Shown: positions 1 to 9,780 of the stretch, piece after piece
Position numbering within the stretch: position 1 is the first letter of the stretch
Layout: every line of letters starts with the position of its first letter
Assembly (NCBI RefSeq): GCF_000011465.1
Contig: NC_005072.1
Coordinates: forward strand, 1,560,001 to 1,592,000
Reading direction: 5' to 3'
Origin: Prochlorococcus marinus subsp. pastoris str. CCMP1986
GTDB taxonomy: Bacteria; Cyanobacteriota; Cyanobacteriia; PCC-6307; Cyanobiaceae
DNA: 32,000 bases
The notes under the pieces: generated by a model
Told to the model about the DNA's origin: nothing
What the model saw: the letters and a program-made list of their open reading frames with translations, nothing else
Database searches by the model: none
Program-made: the position numbers and the translations under genes

Positions 1-155
1 ATTTCTTTTTTTGACTTACTAATTTTCCTTGAAATAAAAAAGCCATATAAAAAAGAACCTATAATAGAAATAACAAAATTATTTTTAAAATAAAATCTTA
101 GGAATGTAGCGCAATAGGCAGTTAATAAAAAAGTTAATAAATATTTTTTATTCAA
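1..155 (-). CDS. crcB: CrcB/Fluc fluoride channel paralog, N-terminal part only (gene runs off the left edge of the window)
   Basis: I translated the minus strand by hand from a TTG at 155..153, which overlaps the TGA stop of the upstream crcB as TTGA. It gives MNKKYLLTFLLTAYCATFLRFYFKNNFVISIIGSFLYGFFISRKISKSKKE... and stays open to position 1. It carries the CrcB-type N-x-x-x-x-x-G-S-F-x-x-G helix motif, and tandem crcB pairs are a common arrangement. It is absent from the ORF track because it is truncated. The start codon is uncertain; there is no ATG in the open frame. Confidence 0.55.
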   Translation of the reverse strand, partial: MNKKYLLTFLLTAYCATFLRFYFKNNFVISIIGSFLYGFFISRKISKSKKE

Positions 156-523
156 TTTATAAAGGTTAAAGTAATAAAATATCCTAAACAAAAAAATAAA
201 AAAGATAATAATATAACTTCAGCATAATAAATCAATAGGATTAAATATTTTTTTTCTCGAATCAAATTAAATAACTGATATATGAAAGATGAAAATGTAC
301 TGAAACATCCTAAAAAACCAACAAAAATAAATAGTATTAAATTCTTATTTGTTATATTCAAACCTTCGAAAATACCTAAAAATAAAGAGGCTAAAACATT
401 TACTATTAAAATATTATTAGAATAAAATATTTTCTTTTTTCCAGAAATATATTTTATAAACATTCTTACAATCAACCCGAAGGTACTTCCTACTAAAATA
501 TAAATAAAACCATCTAGTTCCAA
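152..523 (-). CDS. crcB: CrcB/Fluc fluoride ion channel
   Basis: 123-aa polytopic membrane ORF with CrcB-like motifs (GSTFGLIVRM, NVLASLFLGIF, GFLGCFSTFSSF). The only start upstream of the first helix is a TTG at 523..521. It lies 3 nt downstream of, and in the same frame as, the TAG stop of the preceding ORF. Confidence 0.85.
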   Translation of the reverse strand: MELDGFIYILVGSTFGLIVRMFIKYISGKKKIFYSNNILIVNVLASLFLGIFEGLNITNKNLILFIFVGFLGCFSTFSSFIYQLFNLIREKKYLILLIYYAEVILLSFLFFCLGYFITLTFIN

Positions 524-526
524 GAT

Positions 527-856
527 CTATATTTTAATCCAACCCCTTTTAGTTCTATTAGGATGTTCAATAAATTGATTTGTTAGCAATTCTACTCGTG
601 CCCAAGTATCATTTTCTTTGACTACCCATTTTTGTAAAACTGATAATGAAGAACCGGTATCAAGAACCAACAATTTTTTAGCGTTAATTTTTGGAAAAGT
701 ATAAAGTGAACAATTTGAATTTAATATGATTTCTTTGGAATTATTAAGAGTATTATATTTGTTTAAATCCCTTTGTATTCCTCCTGCAGGTAATGTAATT
801 GGGCCAATCAGAGCGAATCCGATTAAACAAATATTTTTTATCACATTTTTTATCAT
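527..856 (-). CDS. Small secreted or membrane-anchored protein with a bacterial SH3-like C-terminal region (conserved hypothetical)
   Basis: 109-aa ORF. The hydrophobic N-terminus (ICLIGFALIGPITLPAGG) looks like a signal peptide or anchor. The C-terminal part (LYTFPKINAKKLLVLDTGSSLSVLQKWVVKENDTWARVEL) resembles SH3b domains. Its ATG overlaps the gyrB TGA as ATGA (853..856), which suggests translational coupling. Confidence 0.6.
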   Translation of the reverse strand: MIKNVIKNICLIGFALIGPITLPAGGIQRDLNKYNTLNNSKEIILNSNCSLYTFPKINAKKLLVLDTGSSLSVLQKWVVKENDTWARVELLTNQFIEHPNRTKRGWIKI

Positions 857-2820
857 ATATCTAATGTCGCCATATCTAAATTGGCACTATGAGTTTCAAT
901 AAACTCTCTTCTTGGTGCCACTTTATCTCCCATCAAAATATTGAAAATTCTATCTGCTTCTAGAGCATCTTCAATTTCTACTCTTTTCATCATTCGTGTC
1001 TGAGGATTCATTGTTGTATCCCATAATTGTTTAGGCATCATTTCACCTAAACCTTTAAATCTTTGAATATTATAGTTAGCTTTTTCTCCAAAATCTTCTA
1101 TAGTTTGCTTCAATTGATTTTCGTTATAGCAATATTTATGATTTTTTCCTCTTTCAACTTTGTATAAAGGGGGACAAGCAATGTATATAAAACCTTTTTC
1201 AACGAGATCCCTTTGATATCTATAAAAAAAAGTTAATAGTAATGTTCTAATATGTGCCCCATCTACGTCTGCATCAGTCATAATTACAACCCTATGATAC
1301 CTAAGAGAATTTACATTAAACTCTTCACCCTTTATACCCAATCCCAAAGCAGTGATTAGTGATTGAATTTCTGTATTTTTATATATTTTTGCATCATCTG
1401 TTTTTTCAATATTTAATATTTTTCCTCTCAAAGGTAAAATCGCCTGAAATCTCCTATCTCTTCCTTGTTTAGCTGAACCTCCAGCGGAATCACCCTCAAC
1501 TATATAAATCTCTGCACCTGAGGGATCTCTTGAACTGCAATCTGCCAATTTGCCAGGCAAAGTTGAACTCTCAAGAACACTTTTTCTCCTTACTAAATCC
1601 CTCGCTCGTTTAGCTGCTTCTGCCGCATTAAAAGATTGAATTGCTTTTTCTAGAATTAAATCAAAAACATTAGGATTAAATTCCATATACTTTATTAATG
1701 ATTCTCCTATGAGCGAATCAACAATCCCTCTCACTTCAGTATTTCCCAATTTTGTCTTTGTTTGACCTTCAAATTCCGGTTCTGGAACTTTTACAGATAA
1801 TACGACTGTCAAACCTTCTCTAATATTTTCTCCTGACAAATTTTTATCAACTTCTTTTCTTTTACCTCTTTTTTTCGCGATAGCATTAAAAGTTCTAGTC
1901 AATACAGTTTTTAAGCCATCTATATGCGTGCCGCCATCTATCGTTCTGATATTATTTGCAAATCCCAATATATTATCTGAATAAACATCCGAGCACCATT
2001 GCAAAGCTGCTTCCACGTAAACATTATCTTTTTGTGAATCGACATAAATAACCTCAGAATGAATAGATTCCTTTTCTTTATTTATGTACTCAACATATTC
2101 TTTAATACCGCCATCATATAAGTAAATTTCTTCTTTGAAAGAACCATCCGATAAATTTTGCCTCTCATCTCTAAATATAATTTTGACGCCGCCATTGAGA
2201 TAAGCCAATTCTCTTAATCTTGAGGATAAAAGAGCATAATCAAATTTAATACCATCAGTAAATATCGATGTATCTGGCTTAAAACAAATTGTTGTACCTT
2301 TTCTAAATGGTTTTTTTTGTTGTTTTTGGGATTTTAATTCACCTTTTGCAATTCCTTTCTCAAATCTTTGATTAAATTCATAACCATCTCTTGAAACAGT
2401 AACATGCACCCACTCACTTAGAGCGTTAACAACAGAGATTCCGACACCATGTAATCCACCAGAAACCTTATATCCACCACTTCCAAATTTTCCCCCTGCA
2501 TGAAGAACAGTAAGAACAGTTTCCAGAGCACTTTTACCTGTCCTTGGATGTATATCTGTGGGAATACCCCTGCCATTATCTGAGATCAAAGCTGATCCAT
2601 CTTCTTTAAGAACTATCTCAATATGATCACAATGACCTGCTAAGGCTTCATCTACAGAATTATCTACGACTTCATATACAAGATGATGAAGCCCTCTTGG
2701 ACCAGTAGAACCAATATACATTCCTGGTCGTTTACGAACAGGTTCTAATCCCTCTAAAACCTGTATCTGATCAGCACCATAGTCATTGGAGATTTTATTA
2801 GATCTTTTTTCCTCACTCAT
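853..2820 (-). CDS. gyrB: DNA gyrase subunit B
   Basis: 655 aa. GHKL ATPase motifs (YEVVDNSVDEA, GGLHGVGISVVNA), Toprim (IVEGDSAGGSAKQGRDR) and C-terminal QRFKGLGEMMP. The length shows there is no intein insertion. Confidence 0.97.
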   Translation of the reverse strand: MSEEKRSNKISNDYGADQIQVLEGLEPVRKRPGMYIGSTGPRGLHHLVYEVVDNSVDEALAGHCDHIEIVLKEDGSALISDNGRGIPTDIHPRTGKSALETVLTVLHAGGKFGSGGYKVSGGLHGVGISVVNALSEWVHVTVSRDGYEFNQRFEKGIAKGELKSQKQQKKPFRKGTTICFKPDTSIFTDGIKFDYALLSSRLRELAYLNGGVKIIFRDERQNLSDGSFKEEIYLYDGGIKEYVEYINKEKESIHSEVIYVDSQKDNVYVEAALQWCSDVYSDNILGFANNIRTIDGGTHIDGLKTVLTRTFNAIAKKRGKRKEVDKNLSGENIREGLTVVLSVKVPEPEFEGQTKTKLGNTEVRGIVDSLIGESLIKYMEFNPNVFDLILEKAIQSFNAAEAAKRARDLVRRKSVLESSTLPGKLADCSSRDPSGAEIYIVEGDSAGGSAKQGRDRRFQAILPLRGKILNIEKTDDAKIYKNTEIQSLITALGLGIKGEEFNVNSLRYHRVVIMTDADVDGAHIRTLLLTFFYRYQRDLVEKGFIYIACPPLYKVERGKNHKYCYNENQLKQTIEDFGEKANYNIQRFKGLGEMMPKQLWDTTMNPQTRMMKRVEIEDALEADRIFNILMGDKVAPRREFIETHSANLDMATLDI

Positions 2821-2972
2821 TTAATATAAAAAATAAAATAAAACTTTTAAAATGTTATTTTTAAAAGGTGTTTCATTAAATTTACCATCGGGATAAGAGA
2901 AAGGCTTGAAGTAAATGCAAAATTTAATCACTTTAATCATATGAATGGAATATTTATTCCAAAAAATCACAT

Positions 2973-3872
2973 ATGTTCCAACCAAAACCATTAGTAATAG
3001 TTTTAATCGGACCTACAGCGAGTGGCAAAACTGAGCTAGGAATCGAAATTGCTAAATATTTTAATCTCAATATACATAATGTCGACTCAAGACAACTTTA
3101 TCGATTTATGGACATAGGTACAGCAAAGCCAACTAAAGAACAACAAAAAACAATAAAGCATTTTTTAATAGATCTTGAAGAACCCTCTAGCCAAGTAAAT
3201 GCAAAACAATTTCAAGAAATTGCTACCAAATCAATAAATCGAGAACTAAATCAAAACAGAATTCCTTTTCTAATAGGCGGGAGCGGGCTATATATGAATT
3301 CAATAATAAAGGGTTTCTTTGCTCCGAATGTGCCCCCTCAAAAAGTTTTAAGATCACAATTCGAAAAACTAGGGCAAGAAAAATGTTGGGAACTTTTAAA
3401 AATTTGTGATCCTGTCTTAACAAAAAAAATCAATTACGCTGATCAAGTTAGAACGATAAGAGCTTTAGAAGTCTTTTATGTAACGGGCAAACCAATATCC
3501 TCTCAAAAATTCCAGAACCCTCCCCCATGGAAAATATTAGAATTAGGTCTATACAGAGAAGATTTAAAAGAACGTATTTTCAAAAGAACAAAAAATATGT
3601 TTGAATTTGGAATTATAGATGAGACCAAAAAGATTATTAATCAATATGGATCAAATTTACCTTTACTAGAAACGATTGGATATAGAGAAGCCAAGGATGT
3701 AATAAAGGAAAATTTAAAACTTGAAAAAGCTATTGAAATAACTACAACAAAAACAATCCAATTTGCTAAGAGACAAAAAACATGGTTCCGTAATAAAAAC
3801 AATCCAATATGGCTTAATAACAAAAACCTACTAAAAGATGCAATAATCAATATAAAGCATGCATTACGCTAG
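2973..3872 (+). CDS. miaA: tRNA dimethylallyltransferase (tRNA i6A37 isopentenyltransferase)
   Basis: 299 aa. P-loop GPTASGKT followed by [16 protein letters not shown] and the GGSGLY motif typical of MiaA. Confidence 0.93.
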   Translation: MFQPKPLVIVLIGPTASGKTELGIEIAKYFNLNIHNVDSRQLYRFMDIGTAKPTKEQQKTIKHFLIDLEEPSSQVNAKQFQEIATKSINRELNQNRIPFLIGGSGLYMNSIIKGFFAPNVPPQKVLRSQFEKLGQEKCWELLKICDPVLTKKINYADQVRTIRALEVFYVTGKPISSQKFQNPPPWKILELGLYREDLKERIFKRTKNMFEFGIIDETKKIINQYGSNLPLLETIGYREAKDVIKENLKLEKAIEITTTKTIQFAKRQKTWFRNKNNPIWLNNKNLLKDAIINIKHALR

Positions 3873-3923
3873 CTTTATAAAATAAGTAGATCTTTTCATC
3901 AAAACACCTTTTTAAAAAACTGA

Positions 3924-4496
3924 ATGCCACCACGTCCACGCTTTGATCGCCGCGCTCCTGTTAGAGAGCTCCCAAATATTAACGAAAGAATTAAATACCC
4001 TCAACTAAGAGTTGTTGATTCAGATGGTAAACAACTAGGAGTGATTGATAGAATAAAAGCGCTAGAAATTGCTCATCAAAGAGGACTTGACTTGGTTTTA
4101 GTAAGCGAGAAAGCTAATCCGCCTGTTTGTAGGATAATGGATTACGGAAAATATAAATTTGAACAGGAGAAAAAAGCAAAAGAAACAAAGAAAAAATCTC
4201 ACCAAACTGAAGTTAAAGAGGTGAAAATGAGATACAAAATTGATAAACATGATTATGACGTAAGAATAGGTCAAGCTGTGAGATTTTTAAAATCAGGCGA
4301 TAAAGTTAAATGTACAGTTTTTTTTAGAGGTAGAGAAATTCAGCACTCAAATTTAGCAGAAACACTCCTTTTAAAAATGGCTAATGATTTAGAAGAACAG
4401 TCAGAAGTTCAACAAAGACCAAAAAGGGAAGGTAGAAATATGATTATGTTTTTAAGTCCCAGAAAAACACCTTTAATAAAAAAAGAAGAAGGGTAA
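3924..4496 (+). CDS. infC: Translation initiation factor IF-3
   Basis: 190 aa with IF-3 signatures ([49 protein letters not shown]). It has an ATG start, not the AUU start known from E. coli infC. Confidence 0.95.
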   Translation: MPPRPRFDRRAPVRELPNINERIKYPQLRVVDSDGKQLGVIDRIKALEIAHQRGLDLVLVSEKANPPVCRIMDYGKYKFEQEKKAKETKKKSHQTEVKEVKMRYKIDKHDYDVRIGQAVRFLKSGDKVKCTVFFRGREIQHSNLAETLLLKMANDLEEQSEVQQRPKREGRNMIMFLSPRKTPLIKKEEG

Positions 4497-4594
4497 ATCT
4501 AGGCAATTTACAATACTAAATTCATTCAAAAATTTTAATGGATGTTAAAATATCACTTAATATCATTAAAGAAATTAATTAGGTTTTTTCTAAA

Positions 4595-5566
4595 GTGAGA
4601 TTTCATATTCAACAAGAAATTGATATTCCTGCATCTACACAGTTATATAATCAAATTTGCTTTGCAATTGCAGCTAGATATTATCCTCCAGGTCATCGCT
4701 TGCCTAGTACTAGACAATTAGCTATGCAAACAGGATTGCATCGCAATACTATAAGTAAAGTTTATAGACAACTCGAAACGGATGGAGTGGTTGAAGCGAT
4801 AGCAGGATCAGGGATTTATGTGAGAGATAATCTTAAAAAATCTTTTAATTCAAAAAACAATTTAAATACAACTCCTGCTCTAGAGACAAAAAAAGCAGTT
4901 GACAAATTAATCAAACTTGGATGCACTCTTCAAGAAACAAGAAATCTGTTGACTAATGAAATTGATTGGCGCATTAAATGTGGATCAAGAATAATAGTTA
5001 GTACCCCTCGGGAAGATATAGGTGCCTCTATGTTAATTGCAGAAGACCTCTCTCCTAACATCAACGTACCAGTAGAAGTTATCCCTATGGAAGAATTAGA
5101 AAAAGTTCTTTGCAACTCCAATAATGGGACAATTGTCACAAGTAGATATTTTTTACAACCCTTAGAAAAATTAGCAAAACAATATAGGGTTAGAGCTATT
5201 GCTGTTGATTTGAGCGACTTTCAGAAAGAATTAAAAATAATCAAAGAATTAAAACCTGGTAGTTGTGTAGGTATTGTAAGCATCAGTCCTGGCCTATTAA
5301 GAGCTGCAGAAATCATCATACATAGCATGAGAGGAAGTGATATAGTAATCATGACTACCATCTCAGATAACAGTAATAGATTATTAGCCCTTTTAAAAGC
5401 TTCCAATCATATAGTTTGCGATGGACCTAGTTTATCTGTTATTGAAAATACTCTGCTAAAAAATCGTTCTCAGTTGATGAGAGTACCACAAATTATATGT
5501 GCAAAAAATTATTTAAGCATAAAAACTATAAATCATTTAAAAACTGAGATAGGAGTAATTAATTAA
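4595..5566 (+). CDS. GntR-family transcriptional regulator, resembling the cyanobacterial PlmA subfamily
   Basis: 323 aa with a GTG start. N-terminal GntR winged helix-turn-helix (LPSTRQLAMQTGLHRNTISKVYRQLETDGVVEAIAGSGIYV) and a roughly 240-aa C-terminal domain unlike FadR, HutC or MocR types. Length and architecture match PlmA-type regulators found across cyanobacteria. The subfamily call is from memory, not from a search. Confidence 0.8.
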   Translation: MRFHIQQEIDIPASTQLYNQICFAIAARYYPPGHRLPSTRQLAMQTGLHRNTISKVYRQLETDGVVEAIAGSGIYVRDNLKKSFNSKNNLNTTPALETKKAVDKLIKLGCTLQETRNLLTNEIDWRIKCGSRIIVSTPREDIGASMLIAEDLSPNINVPVEVIPMEELEKVLCNSNNGTIVTSRYFLQPLEKLAKQYRVRAIAVDLSDFQKELKIIKELKPGSCVGIVSISPGLLRAAEIIIHSMRGSDIVIMTTISDNSNRLLALLKASNHIVCDGPSLSVIENTLLKNRSQLMRVPQIICAKNYLSIKTINHLKTEIGVIN

Positions 5567-5572
5567 TTCATC

Positions 5573-6307
5573 ATGCTAAGAACTTTCAAGTCAGATATTG
5601 AAATAATAAGAGAGAGAGATCCTGCAGCAAGAGGAATTTTAGAAATTTTTCTTTGCTATCCTGGTTTCCAATCAATTATCGTTCATAGGTTTACCCATAA
5701 ATTATGGTTATTAAAGTTACCCTTAATTCCGAGATTATTAAGTCATTTAAATAGATTATTAACAGGAATAGAAATACATCCAGGTGCCAAAATCGGGGAA
5801 AAAGTTTTTATAGATCATGGCATGGGTGTTGTCATCGGCGAAACAGCTGAAATTGGTAATAACTGCTTACTTTATCAAGGAGTTACATTAGGAGGAACTG
5901 GTAAAAGTCATGGCAAAAGGCATCCAACATTAATGGAGAATGTTGTAGTTGGGGCAGGAGCAAAAGTTCTAGGCTCAATAATAATTGGGCAAAATACTAG
6001 AATTGGTGCAGGTTCAGTCGTTGTTCGTAATGTCGAAGAAAATAGTACTGTTGTTGGAATACCAGGAAGAGTAGTTCATCAAAGTGGTGTAAAAGTTAAT
6101 CCCTTAGCACACTCTGCTTTACCAGACGCTGAAGCTAATGTAATCAAAAATTTAATGGACAGAATAGATCAGCTTGAAAACCAAATCCTTCAACTACAAA
6201 ATACCCTTCAATGTTTGGTAAATTCAGAATCTAATGATATTTCTAAAATTGGCAATGCACAAAATCTAAAAGACAAAGAAATAATAGAATTCTTAGGAGA
6301 TAACTAA
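5573..6307 (+). CDS. cysE: Serine O-acetyltransferase (short N-domain type with a C-terminal extension)
   Basis: 244 aa. N-terminal RERDPAARG motif and left-handed beta-helix hexapeptide repeats (GAKIGEKVFIDHGMGVVIGETAEIGNNCLLYQGVTLGG ... VGAGAKVLGSIIIGQNTRIGAGSVV). It starts 6 nt after the GntR stop. Confidence 0.92.
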   Translation: MLRTFKSDIEIIRERDPAARGILEIFLCYPGFQSIIVHRFTHKLWLLKLPLIPRLLSHLNRLLTGIEIHPGAKIGEKVFIDHGMGVVIGETAEIGNNCLLYQGVTLGGTGKSHGKRHPTLMENVVVGAGAKVLGSIIIGQNTRIGAGSVVVRNVEENSTVVGIPGRVVHQSGVKVNPLAHSALPDAEANVIKNLMDRIDQLENQILQLQNTLQCLVNSESNDISKIGNAQNLKDKEIIEFLGDN

Positions 6308-6334
6308 TTGCGAATTAATTATTAGTTACTTTTT
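6301..6334 (+). terminator. Weak candidate intrinsic terminator at the cysE/secA convergent junction
   Basis: Inverted repeat TAACTAAT (6301..6308) and ATTAGTTA (6321..6328) with a 12-nt loop, followed by C and T5 (6330..6334). The stem is entirely A/T-rich apart from one G:C pair, and it overlaps both stop codons. Confidence 0.25.
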
Positions 6335-9146
6335 CACTTTTAGGTTGAAACATAAACATTGAATAAATAACATTTCTTCTCATATTAGTCATCATTTCAA
6401 GAAACATATCATAACCTTCATTTTTATATTCAATCAAGGGGTCCTTTTGACCATAACCTCTTAATCCTACAGATTCTCTTAAAGAATCCATCGATTGAAG
6501 ATGTTCTCTCCATAAATTATCAATTTGTTGAAGTATAAAAAACCTTTCAGCTTCCCTCATTAAACCTGGACGAAATTTCTCTATTTGAGCCTCCTTCAAA
6601 TCATATGCAATACGTAATTGCTCTTGAAGATAATTTTTTAATTCTTCAATAGATAAGACACTAACATCTTCTGATTTAAGATCATTTAATAAATAAATGA
6701 ATTCTTTTACTTTAGAAATCAATTGATCTATGTCCCATTCTTCTGGAGGTAAATCAGGATTGATATAAGCTTCTACAATTTCTTCCATTGTTCTTTCTCC
6801 ATACCCTATGACTTGTTTCTTCAAATCATTCCCTTTTAGAACTCTTAATCTCTCATTATAAACCGCTTTTCTTTGATTATTCATTACCTCATCATATTCA
6901 AAAACTTGTTTTCTGATGTCATAATAATAAGTCTCGACTTTCTTCTGTGCACTTTCTAAAGATCTAGTAAGCATTCCTGACTCAATAGGCATATCTTCAT
7001 CTACCCTAAAAGCGTTCATTAGGTTTGCTACCCTATCTCCTCCAAATATCCTTAATAGATTATCTTCCAAAGATAAAAAGAATCTGGTACTTCCAAGATC
7101 TCCTTGTCTACCTGCTCTTCCTCTAAGTTGATTATCAACTCTTCTTGACTCATGCCTTTCAGTTCCTATGACATGAAGACCTCCAGCATTCCTAACATTT
7201 TCTTCTTCATGAATTAATACCTTTTCATATTCATTTTTCACCTCTGATAAAGATTCTCTCAAAGATTGTATTAGTTTATCTTCAGTTGGAGCTTTTTCAG
7301 CAGCAGTAGCTATTTTATCGTCTAATTCCAGAATAGTTAAGCTTCTATCTCCCCAATTTTTTACAAGTTCATTGGATAATAAAGATAGTTTTCTTTTAAT
7401 ATCTTCGCCTAACTGACATGGGAAAAGACTGTCTACACCGCTTTTAGTATTTTTATTTGCAATTGAGTCAACATTTGCAGAAAATCCTCCCCCAGATTTT
7501 GAATTTCTTTGTTGAGGTATTGGCGGTTTATGCTCATTATCTGGCTTAACTAGTAAGGGCATTAAAGTCTCTTTTAATTTTAGCCTTGCCATATAGTCGC
7601 TATTACCACCAAGAATAATATCAGTTCCTCTTCCCGCCATATTTGTTGCGATAGTGACGGCACCAGATCTTCCAGCCTGAGCTACGATTTCTGCCTCGCG
7701 TTCTACATTCTCTGGTTTTGCATTTAGCAAATTATGTGGGATTTGCTGCTCGAAAAGAAGTGAACTTAATAACTCACTTTTTTCGACACTTGTTGTACCT
7801 ACTAAAACAGGTCTACCGTTCCTATGTATTTCTGCTGTCTCATTAGCAACTGCTTTCCATTTTCCAAGCTCTGTTTTAAAAACTTGATCAGCCCAATCTT
7901 GTCTTTTTCTTATCTGATTAGTTGGAACAACTGTTGACTCTAATTTATAAGTTTTTTCAAATTCTACCTCTTCGGTCTTTGCAGTTCCTGTCATACCAGC
8001 TAATCCTGGATATAAAAGGAAAAAGTTCTGATACGTTATAGATGCTAATGTTTGGGTCTCAGGTTGAATTTTAAGACCTTCTTTTGCTTCGATTGCCTGA
8101 TGTTGTCCATCACTCCATCTTCTTCCAGGCATAACCCTTCCAGTAAATTCATCAACTATTACTGCTTCATCTTTTTTAATGATGTAATTTACATCTTTAA
8201 CGAATAATTCTTTAGCTTTTAATGCATTAGTAATGTAATGAGCCCAAGGATCTTTAGGATCGTATAAATCATTAACCTTCAAGGCCTCTTCACATTTAGC
8301 AAATCCTTGATCAGTTAATATACAACTACGTTGTTTTTCATCAACTTCATAATCACCCTCTGGATCAATTCCATCTTTACTCAACTCTTTCGCCTTAATT
8401 AGAGACAATGATAATTCTGCCGCTTTTTGATATTTTTCTTGTGGCCTTTCTATTTGACCAGAAATTATTAGAGGAGTTCTTGCTTCATCAATTAAAATTG
8501 AATCTACTTCATCTATAACGCAATAATTAAATTTTCTTTGAACTACTTCTTCGATTTCAGTAGCCATGTTATCTCTCAAATAATCAAAACCTAATTCAGA
8601 ATTAGTGGCATAGGTTATGTCACATGCATAGTTTTTTTTTCTTTCAGCAGGACTCATATCTTGCTGAATTAGACCAACTGATAAGCCCAAAAAACGATGC
8701 ACTTGTCCCATCCACTCAGCATCTCTTCGAGCTAAGTAGTCGTTCACGGTAACAACATGTACACCTTTACCAGTTAAAGCATTGAGATAACATGGTAGCG
8801 TTGCAACGAGAGTTTTACCTTCTCCAGTTTTCATCTCAGCAATTTGTCCTTCATGGAGAACCATCCCACCAATTAATTGCACATCAAAATGACGCATTTC
8901 TAAAACTCTTTTACTTGCTTCTCTGACGATTGCAAAAGCTTTTGGTAACGTTTCTTCTAATAGTTCCTTTTGTTTTTTAATATTTAACTCTGATGAAATA
9001 TTTGATTTAAGATTATGAGTTTCATTCCGCAATTCATCATCAGTTAATATGGATACGTCTTCTTCTAATAAGTTTATTTCTTCAACCATTGGTTGATATC
9101 TCTTTAACTTTCGTGTATTCGGGTCTCCCAACAAAAGTTTGAGCAT
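6315..9146 (-). CDS. secA: Preprotein translocase ATPase SecA
   Basis: 943 aa. Motor motifs [33 protein letters not shown] and [10 protein letters not shown]. Confidence 0.98.
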   Translation of the reverse strand: MLKLLLGDPNTRKLKRYQPMVEEINLLEEDVSILTDDELRNETHNLKSNISSELNIKKQKELLEETLPKAFAIVREASKRVLEMRHFDVQLIGGMVLHEGQIAEMKTGEGKTLVATLPCYLNALTGKGVHVVTVNDYLARRDAEWMGQVHRFLGLSVGLIQQDMSPAERKKNYACDITYATNSELGFDYLRDNMATEIEEVVQRKFNYCVIDEVDSILIDEARTPLIISGQIERPQEKYQKAAELSLSLIKAKELSKDGIDPEGDYEVDEKQRSCILTDQGFAKCEEALKVNDLYDPKDPWAHYITNALKAKELFVKDVNYIIKKDEAVIVDEFTGRVMPGRRWSDGQHQAIEAKEGLKIQPETQTLASITYQNFFLLYPGLAGMTGTAKTEEVEFEKTYKLESTVVPTNQIRKRQDWADQVFKTELGKWKAVANETAEIHRNGRPVLVGTTSVEKSELLSSLLFEQQIPHNLLNAKPENVEREAEIVAQAGRSGAVTIATNMAGRGTDIILGGNSDYMARLKLKETLMPLLVKPDNEHKPPIPQQRNSKSGGGFSANVDSIANKNTKSGVDSLFPCQLGEDIKRKLSLLSNELVKNWGDRSLTILELDDKIATAAEKAPTEDKLIQSLRESLSEVKNEYEKVLIHEEENVRNAGGLHVIGTERHESRRVDNQLRGRAGRQGDLGSTRFFLSLEDNLLRIFGGDRVANLMNAFRVDEDMPIESGMLTRSLESAQKKVETYYYDIRKQVFEYDEVMNNQRKAVYNERLRVLKGNDLKKQVIGYGERTMEEIVEAYINPDLPPEEWDIDQLISKVKEFIYLLNDLKSEDVSVLSIEELKNYLQEQLRIAYDLKEAQIEKFRPGLMREAERFFILQQIDNLWREHLQSMDSLRESVGLRGYGQKDPLIEYKNEGYDMFLEMMTNMRRNVIYSMFMFQPKSEKVTNN

Positions 9147-9184
9147 AATTGTTTTTCCTCTAAAAAATTTATCCTATTACAATC

Positions 9185-9190
9185 ATTATA
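9185..9190 (-). promoter_or_regulatory. Candidate -10 box (TATAAT) for secA
   Basis: A perfect TATAAT on the minus strand lies about 39 nt upstream of the secA ATG, and an AGAGG Shine-Dalgarno-like element sits between them. No good -35 is visible. Confidence 0.3.
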
Positions 9191-9323
9191 AATTAGTGCG
9201 TTACAACTAAAAGAGCAAATCCTATATCTCTTTATTTTTTTAAAAAGAAATCGATTAAGGTGTAAATCAAAGTTACCAACGAAGTTATTACATTTCTCTC
9301 AAAATTCTAGAATTTCCAAACTT

Positions 9324-9779
9324 ATGAAACCAGTATTTTTAATTAAACATTCACAAGGTGCTCTTGGATTAAGATTATTTGGATTAGGTCCTAATCTCAA
9401 ACCCACGAAAGGATTATTTAAACTTCAACAATTTCTTCATCGTAATGCATTTTGGGCTAAGGATAGAACAATTAAAGACCTCAAAAAATGTCTTGCTAAT
9501 AGCGATGTTGTTGTAAGTATTTGGTCTAATAATGAACCAGTTGGTTTTGGAAGAGCCTTGTCAGATGGTATTTATAGAGGCGTTTTATGGGATATAGTAA
9601 TTGATCAAGATCATCAAGGGAAAGGTTACGGCAAGATGATTGTGAAAAATCTTTTAGAATCAAATAAAATAAAACATACCAAGAAAATATATTTAATGAC
9701 TACGAGCAAAAAAATGTTTTATTCGCAAGTTGATTTCAAAGAAGTTACTTCACAAAATCTTTTAGTACACGAAATGTAA
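9324..9779 (+). CDS. GNAT-family N-acetyltransferase
   Basis: 151 aa. GNAT motif A (HQGKGYGKMIVKNLL) preceded by the typical beta strands (VVVSIWSNNEPVGFGRALSDG). The substrate cannot be inferred. Confidence 0.8.
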   Translation: MKPVFLIKHSQGALGLRLFGLGPNLKPTKGLFKLQQFLHRNAFWAKDRTIKDLKKCLANSDVVVSIWSNNEPVGFGRALSDGIYRGVLWDIVIDQDHQGKGYGKMIVKNLLESNKIKHTKKIYLMTTSKKMFYSQVDFKEVTSQNLLVHEM

Positions 9780-9780
9780 A

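Noticed and set aside
9169-9186. Five-codon upstream ORF (ATG ATT GTA ATA GGA TAA) in the secA leader, reminiscent of secM-type regulation.
   Set aside because: It is very short and has no Shine-Dalgarno element of its own. Its ATG overlaps the best -10 candidate (TATAAT, 9185..9190), so it would probably not be transcribed. It bears no similarity to arrest peptides.
9262-9276. NtcA-like site GTA-N9-TAC upstream of the GNAT gene.
   Set aside because: The spacing is N9 rather than the canonical N8. The following -10-like hexamer is only 12 nt away rather than about 22 nt.
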